From an uncultured virus (IMG/VR IMGVR_UViG_3300045421_000122) (taxonomy: Duplodnaviria > Heunggongvirae > Uroviricota > Caudoviricetes), in the IMG/VR virus record IMGVR_UViG_3300045421_000122: DNA of 64,000 bases; one strand, 5' to 3'. Under the pieces are notes generated by a model, which had not been told where the DNA came from, made no database searches, and saw only the letters and a program-made list of their open reading frames with translations. Every line of letters begins with the position of its first letter. Positions within the stretch are counted from its first letter, which is position 1. Positions 7,260 through 17,138 of this stretch are shown here, piece after piece. The position numbers and the translations under genes were made by a program.

Positions 7260-7439
7260 ATGAAAAACTTAACAAATATCATTGCTGCATCAGGATGTTT
7301 TAACATAGAGGAGGCTCTTCGTGCTGTCGTTGAGATCCATATTCCAGAGGGCACACTAGTTTATAGATGCCAAGAAGATAAAAAGCCTTGGCCTTGTCAA
7401 ACTATTAAAACCATTGAAAAAGAGTTGACAAAGAAATGA
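7260..7439 (+). CDS. 59-aa hypothetical protein (H...C...WPC motif), leaderless (not in ORF track)
   Basis: TTGACT(7225)-17-TATGAT(7248), ATG 7 nt later; ALRAVVEIH...PWPCQTI. Confidence 0.7.
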   Translation: MKNLTNIIAASGCFNIEEALRAVVEIHIPEGTLVYRCQEDKKPWPCQTIKTIEKELTKK

Positions 7440-7615
7440 AAAATAATTTTACCAACGAATATCTTAACTGCAGACATTGGACAGAAGAGGAAAATAATCT
7501 TTGGAAAGGCTGGACTTACAGTTCCAAGAAGAATCGTTATTATTTTGATGATTTGGGCAATGAATCATTCGCTGACTTTTGGGCAGATGAGTTTTTAAAT
7601 CAAGCGTATAATTAA
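7436..7615 (+). CDS. 59-aa aromatic-rich hypothetical protein (not in ORF track)
   Basis: ATGA coupling with 7260-7439. Confidence 0.6.
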   Translation: MKNNFTNEYLNCRHWTEEENNLWKGWTYSSKKNRYYFDDLGNESFADFWADEFLNQAYN

Positions 7616-7618
7616 TTT

Positions 7619-7948
7619 GTGAATGCAACTACTGCTGCTCAAACAAAGGTTTCTCAACTTATTGTTGACTCACAAATTGCCATGCCAGACCACCCATTAT
7701 TTTTAAGGATATCAGTCCAGCCAGGAGGATGCTCAGGATTACGATATCAAACCTACTTCGACTACGAAAGAAAAGAAGGGGATAAGATTTATCCATTTCA
7801 AGGGTTTGACCTTGTCATAGATAGAATGAGCGATCCCTACCTTTTTGGGGCTACATTAGATTTTGTAGACACAATTGAAAAACAGGGCTTTACGATTGAT
7901 AATCCTAACGCAATGGGTTCATGTGCCTGTGGTGACAGTTTCCACTAA
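7619..7948 (+). CDS. iscA: A-type Fe-S carrier protein (HesB/IscA/ErpA family)
   Basis: LRISVQPGGCSGLRY, GFTIDNPNA, CACGDSF signature. Confidence 0.93.
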   Translation: MNATTAAQTKVSQLIVDSQIAMPDHPLFLRISVQPGGCSGLRYQTYFDYERKEGDKIYPFQGFDLVIDRMSDPYLFGATLDFVDTIEKQGFTIDNPNAMGSCACGDSFH

Positions 7949-7967
7949 TCTGTGCTATAATTATTAG

Positions 7968-8080
7968 GCAGACATTGAAGTCTGTATCACTTACTAGCAA
8001 CCAAAGGGGATCAACAATTTGCCTCACCCCTATTCACAAAATTGAGACGCAGTCTCCTGAGCAAGAGAAAAAAGGCTCTC
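7968..8080 (+). ncRNA. candidate ~110-nt sRNA ending in pseudoknot copy 5 (8053-8078)
   Basis: TGCTATAAT at 7953-7961; no start codon with RBS; several hairpins; TCTC-CT-GAGCA-A-GAGA-AAAAAG-GCTC. Confidence 0.5.
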
Positions 8081-8297
8081 TAAAAAACCAGCGGTATAAC
8101 AAACCTTTAACATGACAAACCATCAATCTCCAAACCTTTTATCCCAAATAGCCAACATTATCTCTCCTTATCTTAAGACTAAACATAAAGATACTGTATC
8201 TGTTGAATTGGCACAAAAAATATTAGATCTTATTAACTCTAGTGGGTATTACGATCCTTCTTGATATACCCGCTGATTTGTGGTATGATAGAAAATC

Positions 8298-8507
8298 ATG
8301 CAAAATAACGTAGATTTTGACAAACCAATTAAAAAGTATATATTTGAGTGCTGTATTGATTGCGGAAAATTTATTAGGACAAAAGATAAGGTTAGGCTGC
8401 TTTTATTTATGATGGATCATTATGGAGAAAAAGGTATTAAACGTTGTCACCATAAATGGTATGGGGAATTTGTTTGGACCATATTAAATTGGAGGCCAAG
8501 CATATGA
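8298..8507 (+). CDS. hypothetical protein (CxxC)
   Basis: TGGTATGAT promoter just upstream. Confidence 0.6.
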   Translation: MQNNVDFDKPIKKYIFECCIDCGKFIRTKDKVRLLLFMMDHYGEKGIKRCHHKWYGEFVWTILNWRPSI

Positions 8508-8640
8508 ATAAAACTAACCGCTATTGCCCATCTTGGGCATGGGAAGGTTTGTTGTTCTATTTTGCCACTTGCGTTTACCCACAAAGTTTGATACAATTAT
8601 AATATAAAAAAGTAACAAACCTTATTGAAAGTGAGGCGGA

Positions 8641-8988
8641 GTGAGTATTAAAGTAAAGACTCTCATTACCGTACAGTTTACTTTAATTATTTTATTGTTG
8701 ACTGCCCTGTTTTTTGTAGCAGGAGATTTAAAGGAGGCCAACAAAATGACACTTAATCAATCTCAATACTGTATTCGATATACCAGCGAGATTATTGCAA
8801 GTAGTAATCTTAGTTTAATTAGGGAGCAGGATGCTCATCAGAGAGATATTGATTCAGCCAATAAAAATATTGAGGATATAGTCAGTAGATACAACACATT
8901 GGTAGAGAGGTATAATAAAAATACAAGAGGATATGATTTTCAGCCTTTAAACCCTTACTCATACAAAATTGTAAGAACTGTTCCGTAA
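8641..8988 (+). CDS. membrane-anchored coiled-coil protein
   Basis: N-terminal hydrophobic helix; GAGG RBS, GTG start. Confidence 0.7.
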   Translation: MSIKVKTLITVQFTLIILLLTALFFVAGDLKEANKMTLNQSQYCIRYTSEIIASSNLSLIREQDAHQRDIDSANKNIEDIVSRYNTLVERYNKNTRGYDFQPLNPYSYKIVRTVP

Positions 8989-9021
8989 GAAAAAATATGA
9001 AAGGTATGGTATTGTATTAAT

Positions 9022-9312
9022 ATGGAAAAATATCAAATAAACTCTAAAATTTATGAGGTTCGAAAAGATTTAGAAAATGCAATATTCCGTAGGTACTTTG
9101 AAAAAAGATACTTTTCTACTTGGGTTGTTGCTAGTCTCATTATGGGTTTTTTACTAGGATTGTTATCAGTCAAAGGAGTACAAATGACAAGAGATGAAGA
9201 GCAACAAATTAGAGAGCAGATCGCTCAAGAAATTGAAGCGGTAGAGTTAAAAGAACTTAATGGTCTTGGAATGAAAATCATTGCTGCAGAGATAGCAAGG
9301 GGAGTTAGATAA
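9022..9312 (+). CDS. membrane protein with internal in-frame start (ATG 9184)
   Basis: Central TM helix; AAAGGAG before the internal ATG. Confidence 0.65.
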   Translation: MEKYQINSKIYEVRKDLENAIFRRYFEKRYFSTWVVASLIMGFLLGLLSVKGVQMTRDEEQQIREQIAQEIEAVELKELNGLGMKIIAAEIARGVR

Positions 9313-9381
9313 ACCATTGTGTTCCTTTTAGGACATCATGTGGTTTATTTCTCTCTTTGCATTAAATGGTAGAATAGATAC

Positions 9382-10020
9382 ATGCCTGAATTAAATGCTA
9401 ACGTGCCACCAATTGAATGCTATGTTCGTGGTAATTTTTTAAGAAATCAAAAAGACAGTCATGAGTTATATTTACCTTGTACTATCTTTGGTGTCTCTTC
9501 GGTACCAAACCGTAGCCCTTTGTTTCATTTTATTATGGAGGATGGTGGTATATGGTGGAGAATGCCCATCAATGCCTTTTGTACTAAATCAAATACTCCA
9601 GAGGTTGATTTACACAATTTAGTTTTGTGGAATTCTTTTAGTTCTTTTATTACCGTTACAAAATTTGCAAATCTTGCAAATCTTCGTATGCATTACGTTG
9701 ATAGAAATAAAACAAAGATACATGGAAAATATTTGTTTACTTTAGATTGGCATAGTGGAGATTCTAATTTTCTTGATGATGGCTACTCTGAAAATCCTGG
9801 ACAACATAAATGTGGTCATGTTATTGAGAGGGACGATGGCAACTTTGCTATTCAGCCGAATAATCGCATATTTGCATTAGATCCGTCGTTTACGACTAAG
9901 TATGGTAAACCTGTTATACGCAGATTAATTAATACAAGAAAATGGGATGTAGAGGATGCAGATAAATGGTTAACAGAAGATTCTGATGATTATCATTATG
10001 ATATTATAAACCAAGATTAA
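9382..10020 (+). CDS. conserved-looking hypothetical phage protein
   Basis: 212 aa; YLFTLDW, HKCGH, AIQPNNR motifs; leaderless. Confidence 0.8.
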   Translation: MPELNANVPPIECYVRGNFLRNQKDSHELYLPCTIFGVSSVPNRSPLFHFIMEDGGIWWRMPINAFCTKSNTPEVDLHNLVLWNSFSSFITVTKFANLANLRMHYVDRNKTKIHGKYLFTLDWHSGDSNFLDDGYSENPGQHKCGHVIERDDGNFAIQPNNRIFALDPSFTTKYGKPVIRRLINTRKWDVEDADKWLTEDSDDYHYDIINQD

Positions 10021-10057
10021 ATTTGACAAAAAATATTAGGGGATGTACAATATAAAA

Positions 10058-10183
10058 ATGGAAAAAGACAGAGTGGTGGTCTGTGATAAATGTGGTAAGG
10101 AACTTGAAGTTCGTTGGGCTGTCTTTGCTCATCATACATTATCTAGTCATTTAAGGGAGCATGAAGATGTCAAAGCAGCCTAA
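10058..10183 (+). CDS. 41-aa C2H2-like zinc-finger protein (not in ORF track)
   Basis: CDKC...HLREH; TTGACA(10023)-17-TACAAT(10046) promoter, leaderless. Confidence 0.65.
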   Translation: MEKDRVVVCDKCGKELEVRWAVFAHHTLSSHLREHEDVKAA

Positions 10184-10940
10184 AAAAAATAAAGAACAGA
10201 CAGTAGTAAATGTTAAACAGAAAGAAACAATTACTTTTGCTTGGTGTGACGGTGGTACAGTTGAAGGTAGATTTGCAAGCGGTATTTTAAATACCATGCT
10301 TGAAGCACAACGCAAGGGTATTAGAGTAGTAAGTAGTATAAGAGTTCAAGGCAATCAAATAGCACGTCAGAGACAATCTCTAATTGATTATTGGTATGAC
10401 AGCATGAATTCAGATTGGTTGATGTGGATTGACTCTGATATTGTTATGACTACAAATGCTTTTGAATTACTTTGGAATTCTGCAGAAAAAATATCAAAGC
10501 CACTTGTCACTGGAGTTTACTTTGTAAGTCAAGAAAACGAACAAAGTTTAATGGAGCCAACTCCTGCTGTTTATATGAATACAGATAGTCCTTATGTGAC
10601 TAGAGCAATTCATCCGTTGCCACCAAATCAACTAATACCAATAGATGTTGGTGGTTTTGGATTTGTTTTGATGCATAGATCTGTTGTTCCAAAAGTTCGT
10701 GAGGTTGCTGGAGAATTTTCTGTGTTTGGCGAAAATCAACAGGCAGCAAATAAATTTATTAGTGAAGATGTTTCATTCTTTAGAAAAGCACAACAGGCTG
10801 GTATTCAAGCATATGCTCACACTGGAGCACATGTCCAACACTTAAAAACTTTTTCTTTAGATATTAATTACTATAATATGTATTGGTCTGGAGTTGCTGA
10901 AGGTAAAATAAAAAGAAAACACGATCTGAATAAAAAATAA
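10161..10940 (+). CDS. GT-A fold glycosyltransferase (GT2-like)
   Basis: WLMWIDSDI (DxD), GFGFVLMHR, SEDVSF, HLK. Confidence 0.8.
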   Translation: MKMSKQPKKNKEQTVVNVKQKETITFAWCDGGTVEGRFASGILNTMLEAQRKGIRVVSSIRVQGNQIARQRQSLIDYWYDSMNSDWLMWIDSDIVMTTNAFELLWNSAEKISKPLVTGVYFVSQENEQSLMEPTPAVYMNTDSPYVTRAIHPLPPNQLIPIDVGGFGFVLMHRSVVPKVREVAGEFSVFGENQQAANKFISEDVSFFRKAQQAGIQAYAHTGAHVQHLKTFSLDINYYNMYWSGVAEGKIKRKHDLNKK

Positions 10941-10942
10941 TC

Positions 10943-11389
10943 ATGAAAGTTTGTAGCAAATGCAAATTAGAATTAAATGATTCAGAGTTTTCTCCTTCTT
11001 CTGGCGGTAAATATTTAAGGCCTGAGTGTAAGTCTTGTGCAAAAAAATTATTAAAACGAAGAGAAGAATTAAAAAAACAATATGGATATCCAGAACCAGG
11101 ATATATATGTTCAATATGTTTAAAAAATGAAGATCAATTAAAAGGTTCTGGTGGCAATGCAAGCGTTTGGGTTGTAGATCATGATCACAAAACAAATTCT
11201 TTTAGAGGGTTTTTATGTCACAATTGCAATCGTGGGCTAGGTGTATTTGAAGATAATGTAGAAAGATTAAACAGGGCAATTAAATACATAGATAAAAATC
11301 AAGCAAGTATTGAAGACATAGCAAAAATTATTTATGATGGTGGAGAAGATGCTTATACCAAAATAAAAAGAATAAAGAAATTAATTTAA
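10943..11389 (+). CDS. Endonuclease VII-like (HNH) nuclease
   Basis: CSIC...VVDHDHKTNSFRGFLCHNCNRGLG; N-terminal CxxC...CxxC. Confidence 0.88.
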   Translation: MKVCSKCKLELNDSEFSPSSGGKYLRPECKSCAKKLLKRREELKKQYGYPEPGYICSICLKNEDQLKGSGGNASVWVVDHDHKTNSFRGFLCHNCNRGLGVFEDNVERLNRAIKYIDKNQASIEDIAKIIYDGGEDAYTKIKRIKKLI

Positions 11390-11391
11390 TT

Positions 11392-12081
11392 ATGAAAAAA
11401 TACAATGATAATATTTTACAAAATATTAAAACAGTTAGTAATTATAGAAATATGCCAATTAATCATCATAATTATTTAATTCAACTTAAAAACAAATATA
11501 ACTTTAGCCCAAAAACTATTTACGATATTGGTGCATGTGTTTTGCACTGGACACAAAGTGCTGAACAAGTTTGGCCAGAAAGTGAAATAGTTTTATTTGA
11601 TGCAACAGATGCCTTTGAAAATTTATATTTAGAAACAGGATTAGATTATCATATAGGCGTTCTTAGTAATGAATCTGATAAAGTTGTAAAGTTTTATCAA
11701 AACAATGAAAATTTTGCAGGCAATTCTTATTATAAAGAAAATCCTAAATACAGTCCTGCAGCAAAATATTTATTTGATAAATCTAGTATTGTTGAATTAA
11801 TTACTAAAACTCTTGACGATGTAGTTGCAGATAAGTTTTTAAATCCCCCGCAATTAATTAAAATTGATGTTCAGGGCGCAGAACTTGATGTTTTAATGGG
11901 TGCAGATAGATCTTTGATAACTTGTGAACATTTAATTGTAGAGTTAAGAAATATTGAATATAATATTGGGTCTCCAGATAAAGAAACAATTATTGATTAT
12001 TTAAAAACTAAACGATTTAAAAATTTAGGGTTATTTTGTGATAATGGTCCTGATGGCGATTATCATTTTATAAAAGAATAA
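11392..12081 (+). CDS. FkbM-family SAM methyltransferase
   Basis: IYDIGA, TLDD, LIKIDVQGAELDVLMG. Confidence 0.88.
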   Translation: MKKYNDNILQNIKTVSNYRNMPINHHNYLIQLKNKYNFSPKTIYDIGACVLHWTQSAEQVWPESEIVLFDATDAFENLYLETGLDYHIGVLSNESDKVVKFYQNNENFAGNSYYKENPKYSPAAKYLFDKSSIVELITKTLDDVVADKFLNPPQLIKIDVQGAELDVLMGADRSLITCEHLIVELRNIEYNIGSPDKETIIDYLKTKRFKNLGLFCDNGPDGDYHFIKE

Positions 12082-12774
12082 TTATTTTTCGTATTTACTT
12101 TTTTCTTTAAATTTATTTAAAAATAAATCATCTCTAATTTTTATAAAAGATTCATCGTCTGTAGAAAGAAACGGAACTTTTTGTTCTTGATAATTATTAG
12201 ATATCTCTGCAAACTTATTTCTATAATAGACTTTTACATCTTTTATTTCTTCTCCACCAACTTGATGAATGTTTCCATATAATGATCTCCAAAAATTAGC
12301 AGGGCAATCTTTTAAAATTGTTTTTAATTTATTTTTTTCCATTGGCATTGGTGTGTGTGTTTCATAACTTAGTGGTTGTTTAAATCCTATTTTTTCAAGT
12401 TTAGCATATGTTGATCCTAATTTACCAATGTAATTAACATCCATTTTTAATCTTTTATATTTTTCTATTTTTATTGAAAGCAAACCTTCGTGGTAATATG
12501 GAATTGTATTTATTGTATCCAAGATAAAAAAATCATCATTCATCAATATAAATTGTTCTGGAATTTCATCTGATTGGACAATAGTTTTTAAATTTTCTGC
12601 AGCATTTTTATACTTGGTACTACTTTGTTCAACATATATATTTTTTCCTTTATACCAGTTTGGAACTCCGCCAACAATCCAAACCTCAGAATTTGGAAAA
12701 TACTTTTCCACAGATCGAATAGAATATCTTAATTCTTGATTTTCATCACCACGACTTATGTAAACAAAATTCAT
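12082..12774 (-). CDS. Stealth-like / GT-A sugar(-phospho)transferase
   Basis: ELRYSIRSVEKY and FILMNDDFF resemble Stealth CR2. Confidence 0.6.
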   Translation of the reverse strand: MNFVYISRGDENQELRYSIRSVEKYFPNSEVWIVGGVPNWYKGKNIYVEQSSTKYKNAAENLKTIVQSDEIPEQFILMNDDFFILDTINTIPYYHEGLLSIKIEKYKRLKMDVNYIGKLGSTYAKLEKIGFKQPLSYETHTPMPMEKNKLKTILKDCPANFWRSLYGNIHQVGGEEIKDVKVYYRNKFAEISNNYQEQKVPFLSTDDESFIKIRDDLFLNKFKEKSKYEK

Positions 12775-12790
12775 ATAATCCCTTAAAATT

Positions 12791-12808
12791 ATTATATCAT
12801 GCTATAAT
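12791..12808. promoter_or_regulatory. back-to-back extended -10 promoters
   Basis: ATTATA-TCATGC-TATAAT between divergent genes. Confidence 0.65.
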
Positions 12809-12827
12809 TATTATTGGTGGAGGAATA

Positions 12828-13787
12828 ATGTCAACAATTACTTTTTTGGGCAACTTTGAAGTGCCTTATAGTAGTGAAAATCATCATGCTAAATCTTTAG
12901 AGTCTCTTGGGCATACCGTTGAAAAATTGCAGGAAAAAAAAATAACAAGCGAAGAAATTTTATATAAAGCATTAGCATCTAATTTATTTATATGGGTACA
13001 TACACATAGATGGCAAACCCCAGGAAAACTATCTATGACAGATGTATTAAAAAAATTAAAGGCTGTAAATAAAGTAACAATAACCTATCACTTAGATTTA
13101 TGGTTTGGCATTGAGCGTGAGAAAGACTTAAAAGGTGATGAATTTTATACAAACATAGGTCACTTTTTTGCTACAGATAAATTAATGTGTGATTGGTTTA
13201 ATGAAAATACAAGTGTTAAAGGACATTTTTTGCCTGCTGGAGTTTATGATAAAGAATGTTATATACATTCAGATTACGATCCGTATAACTTTGAGCATGA
13301 CATAATTTTTGTTGGAAGTAGAAGATATCATTATGAACATAAGTATCGTCCAGAACTAATAGATTTTTTAAAAGAAAAATATGGTAAAAGATTTTTACAT
13401 GTTGGTGGAGATGGAGACACTGGAACAGTTCGTGGTGATGCACTTAATCGTATGTACGCAAAAAGCAAGGTAGCCATAGGAGACAGCCTAAATATAAACT
13501 TTAACTATCCATACTACACAAGTGATAGATTATTTGAAAGTACTGGTCGTGGTGGATTTACAATCTACCCTCGCATTAAAGGTCTTGAAAACTATTTTGA
13601 AGACGGTAAAGAAATTATATTTTATGAACATGGCAATCTTGAAGATCTTAAAGAAAAAATAAATTATTATATATCAGATGGATTAACCAGGGAAAAAATA
13701 AGATTGGCTGGTCATGAGCGAACTAAAAAAGAACATACTTATATTCATAGATGGTCCACCATATTAGAAACCCTAAATATTAAATGA
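12828..13787 (+). CDS. GT-B glycosyltransferase (CgeB/YkvP-like)
   Basis: DIIFVGS, YTSDRLFE, REKIRLAGHERTKKEHTY. Confidence 0.85.
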   Translation: MSTITFLGNFEVPYSSENHHAKSLESLGHTVEKLQEKKITSEEILYKALASNLFIWVHTHRWQTPGKLSMTDVLKKLKAVNKVTITYHLDLWFGIEREKDLKGDEFYTNIGHFFATDKLMCDWFNENTSVKGHFLPAGVYDKECYIHSDYDPYNFEHDIIFVGSRRYHYEHKYRPELIDFLKEKYGKRFLHVGGDGDTGTVRGDALNRMYAKSKVAIGDSLNINFNYPYYTSDRLFESTGRGGFTIYPRIKGLENYFEDGKEIIFYEHGNLEDLKEKINYYISDGLTREKIRLAGHERTKKEHTYIHRWSTILETLNIK

Positions 13788-14497
13788 CAGAAATGATTAA
13801 AACTAAATTAAATAATGAGTTTGAGATTGTATTGCCTAAGCATCGTGCTGACAGGCCTGAATGGTATACAGAAAAAGGTTGGGAAAAAAATAGATTACGA
13901 TCAATGCACAAAAACCTTGGACCCAATGATGTAATTTATTATATTGGCGGAGAAGAAGGAGAGATGGTTGCTCTGTGTCAAATTTGGGGAGCAGAAGTTG
14001 TGGTGTTTGAGCCTAATCCAAAAGTTTGGTCACATTATCCTCTTATATGGGAAAGTAATAATCTTAACAAACCATTAGTTTGTATTCCTGGATTCGCTTC
14101 CAATCAGGATAATAATTTAACAAGAGTTTATAAAAATGAATGGCCGCCAGAAGTTAATAATGAAATTGAAGCAGCGCATGGTTTTAAAGAATTATATTTA
14201 GAGGGTAATAGTTATGGTCAAGTAAAAATAGATTCCTGCGTTTATGAATATAATATTAAGCCACCTACTGCAATTTCTTTAGATGTAGAAGGTAGTGAGG
14301 GACATGTATTAAGGGGTGCAGAAGCCGTTTTAAGGCAGTTTAAGCCAAAGATATGGCTATCTGGTCATCCAGAGTTCATGATGCAACAGTGGAATGAATA
14401 CTTATATGATTTAAGATTCTGGCTGTGGGGGCTGGGATATAAAGAAACACTGCTTGATTATCAACATGAAGTACACTTGTTTTATGAATCAGCCTAA
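13784..14497 (+). CDS. FkbM-family SAM methyltransferase
   Basis: VVVFEPNP, ISLDVEGSEGHVLRGA. Confidence 0.85.
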   Translation: MTEMIKTKLNNEFEIVLPKHRADRPEWYTEKGWEKNRLRSMHKNLGPNDVIYYIGGEEGEMVALCQIWGAEVVVFEPNPKVWSHYPLIWESNNLNKPLVCIPGFASNQDNNLTRVYKNEWPPEVNNEIEAAHGFKELYLEGNSYGQVKIDSCVYEYNIKPPTAISLDVEGSEGHVLRGAEAVLRQFKPKIWLSGHPEFMMQQWNEYLYDLRFWLWGLGYKETLLDYQHEVHLFYESA

Positions 14498-15341
14498 AGC
14501 ATATATATTTTCATTAGATCCTCTTGATGCTGCTGATGGCAAATGGGATTATGGTTTATTAAAAGAATCTTTTGAAAGAAATAAAGTTCATCAGGTTGTT
14601 GTAAATAATATACCTAAAGATAATCGTGGCTTTGTTGTAATTCCTGGCCAAGGAAATGCAGGAAAAGAAGAATTAATAAATCAACAATTATCAAACCTTC
14701 AAAGAGCAGTGTTGTTTATAACTGGAGATGAGTGTGCTTTGTTTAATGTTGATGCTATTAAACATCCTAATATAAGTATTTGGATTCAATACCCGCATCA
14801 AAAACACGAAAAATATAACAAATTTTTTATAGGTGTTCCACAGCATTTAAAAAACAACTTGCCTGATTATCCTATTAAACAATACGACATATATTTTGGT
14901 GGTCAAATAACACATCAACGCAGACAAGAACTAGCCAAGGCAATGTCTACCGTAAAAAACGCTTTATATTGCCCTACAGAAGGGTTTGCACAAGGTGACT
15001 CACCACAGGAGTACTACAGAAAATTAGCCTCTGCCAGAGTTGCTCCTGCCCCCTCTGGAGCAGTGGTGATAGATTCCTTTAGATTTTTTGAGGCTATAGA
15101 AATGCTTACATTACCTATAGGAGATCGCAAAGATGCTCAGGGTAGAGAAACAAACTATTATGATTATGTGTATAAAAAAACAATACCAATAGAATTAACT
15201 GATGACTGGGAACAATTGCCTACAATTATGATAAACATTATGAATAATTATCCTGCTAATCTACATAGGGCTGTGGCTTGGTGGCTTAAATATAAAAGAG
15301 ATTTTGCTAACAAAATTATGGATCATTACTATGCAAATTAA
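14484..15341 (+). CDS. exostosin/GT47-like glycosyltransferase
   Basis: YDIYFGGQ, YYRKLASAR..APSG...DSFRFFEAIE. Confidence 0.7.
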   Translation: MNQPKAYIFSLDPLDAADGKWDYGLLKESFERNKVHQVVVNNIPKDNRGFVVIPGQGNAGKEELINQQLSNLQRAVLFITGDECALFNVDAIKHPNISIWIQYPHQKHEKYNKFFIGVPQHLKNNLPDYPIKQYDIYFGGQITHQRRQELAKAMSTVKNALYCPTEGFAQGDSPQEYYRKLASARVAPAPSGAVVIDSFRFFEAIEMLTLPIGDRKDAQGRETNYYDYVYKKTIPIELTDDWEQLPTIMINIMNNYPANLHRAVAWWLKYKRDFANKIMDHYYAN

Positions 15342-16092
15342 AGACATAACAATTGTAATGGCTACATCTGTGATTCCAGAACATCCTAGCACTACAATGA
15401 TAGAACAAACTATTCATGATATCCGTATTCATTTTCCAGATAATGAAATTATTATGCAAATAGATGGGCTAAGAGAAGAACAAATAAATCGTAAAAAAGA
15501 TTACGATGAATATAAAAATCGCATACTTTGGAAATGCTTACATGAATATAAAAATATTTTGCCTTTTGTTTTTGAAGAACATAGTCATCAAACCAACATG
15601 ATGCGTGAAACAATTAATGAAATTAAAACATCTCTTTTACTTTATGTAGAGGGAGACGCACCATTAACTCCAGACAATCCAATTGATTGGCAAAAATGTT
15701 TAAATATGCTTGAGCATAAAAAGGCTAATACCATTCGTTTTCACTTTGAATCAAAAATTCCTAAGTCTCATCAACATCTTATGTTTGGTTTAGAAGATGA
15801 TTTTATAATGACCTCTCAATGGAGTCAAAGACCACACCTAAGTATAAAAAAATATTATAAAGAAATAGTGCTTCCATCTTGCAAAGATAAATTTTTTATA
15901 GAAGATACTTTTCATGGAGTTGTTCAAGATGATATTCAGCCGTATAACGTGTTTAGTAAAGAAGGCTGGGAAAAACATAAACTCTGGATATATCATCCAG
16001 AAGGAGATATTAAAAGATCTTATCATTTGGATGGTCGCAAAGGCACCCGTAAATTTACCAAAGATGATCAAACCTGGGGTTACAAAGAATGA
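15331..16092 (+). CDS. GT-A fold glycosyltransferase
   Basis: LLLYVEGD, HLDGR; translationally coupled within the cluster. Confidence 0.65.
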   Translation: MQIKDITIVMATSVIPEHPSTTMIEQTIHDIRIHFPDNEIIMQIDGLREEQINRKKDYDEYKNRILWKCLHEYKNILPFVFEEHSHQTNMMRETINEIKTSLLLYVEGDAPLTPDNPIDWQKCLNMLEHKKANTIRFHFESKIPKSHQHLMFGLEDDFIMTSQWSQRPHLSIKKYYKEIVLPSCKDKFFIEDTFHGVVQDDIQPYNVFSKEGWEKHKLWIYHPEGDIKRSYHLDGRKGTRKFTKDDQTWGYKE

Positions 16093-17138
16093 GACTTGGA
16101 ATAATAGCCAGATCAGACAATACTGGTCTTGGTAATCAAACTAGGGAACTAGTAAACATGCTTAATCCTAATAAAATTCTTTTAATTGACTCTACTAAAT
16201 TTAATAAAAATAAACAACATCCAGAATGGTATCAGGGACACGATATTATAATGACTAATTTTGGATTTCCAAAGCGTGGAGAAATAAAACAATTTCTTGA
16301 TGGCTTAGATATTGTTTTTTCTTGTGAGACATTTTATTCTTCTATGTTCGTTGACATGGCTAGAAACTTAAAAATAAAAACAGTGCTTCAATATAATTAT
16401 GAATTTTTGGTAAATGTTCAAAACAAAGAAGAGTCTCTGCCAGATGTTTTTGTTGCCCCAAGTGTCTGGCAAATAGAAACAATGATAAAAATGTTTGGAG
16501 ATGAGGTTAAAATTATTCATTTACCACCCCCTACAAGTGTTGATCTTTTTAAAATACCAAGAGATGAAAACCTGTCAAGATTTCATAGTAGGCTTTTACA
16601 TGTTGGTGGAAAACAAGCGGCAAGAGATAGAAATGGAACAAATACTGTATTTGAAATGTTAAAATATTCTAAAGAAGATTACGAATTGGTTGTAACCTCA
16701 CAAACAGAATTTGAAAATGAAGTGCTTGATTCCAGGGTTGTTTTATTAAAACAAAATATAAAAAATAGAGAAAATTTATATTTTGGTTTTGACGGAATGA
16801 TATTGCCAAGAAGGTATGCTGGACTATGTTTACCAATGAATGAAGCCTTGATGAGTGCAATGCCTGTTTTTATGACAGACCTATCACCAAATAATAAAAT
16901 TTTACCAGAGCGTTGGCTTGTTCCTGCAACTCAAACAGGTCAGTTTAAAGCAAAATCTATAATTGATGTTTACTCTGCAAACCCAAAACATTTAGCAGAA
17001 CTTGTAGATAATTACATGAGAATGACTAGAAAAAAACAGTTAAAAATGAAAAATCAGGCTTTTGAAATTGCCAACAGTACATTTTCTGTAGAAGTTCTTA
17101 AAGATAAATATTTAAATTTATTTGAATCATTAATGTAA
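16089..17138 (+). CDS. GT4-like glycosyltransferase
   Basis: TGLGNQ, LPRRYAGLCLPMNEALMSAMPVFMTD. Confidence 0.85.
   Translation: MRLGIIARSDNTGLGNQTRELVNMLNPNKILLIDSTKFNKNKQHPEWYQGHDIIMTNFGFPKRGEIKQFLDGLDIVFSCETFYSSMFVDMARNLKIKTVLQYNYEFLVNVQNKEESLPDVFVAPSVWQIETMIKMFGDEVKIIHLPPPTSVDLFKIPRDENLSRFHSRLLHVGGKQAARDRNGTNTVFEMLKYSKEDYELVVTSQTEFENEVLDSRVVLLKQNIKNRENLYFGFDGMILPRRYAGLCLPMNEALMSAMPVFMTDLSPNNKILPERWLVPATQTGQFKAKSIIDVYSANPKHLAELVDNYMRMTRKKQLKMKNQAFEIANSTFSVEVLKDKYLNLFESLM

Noticed and set aside
301..8078. CCTGAGCATG repeats as a CRISPR array or hammerhead ribozyme
   Set aside because: The copies are dispersed and separated by whole genes rather than spacers. The hammerhead core (CUGANGA...GAAA with three stems) is absent.
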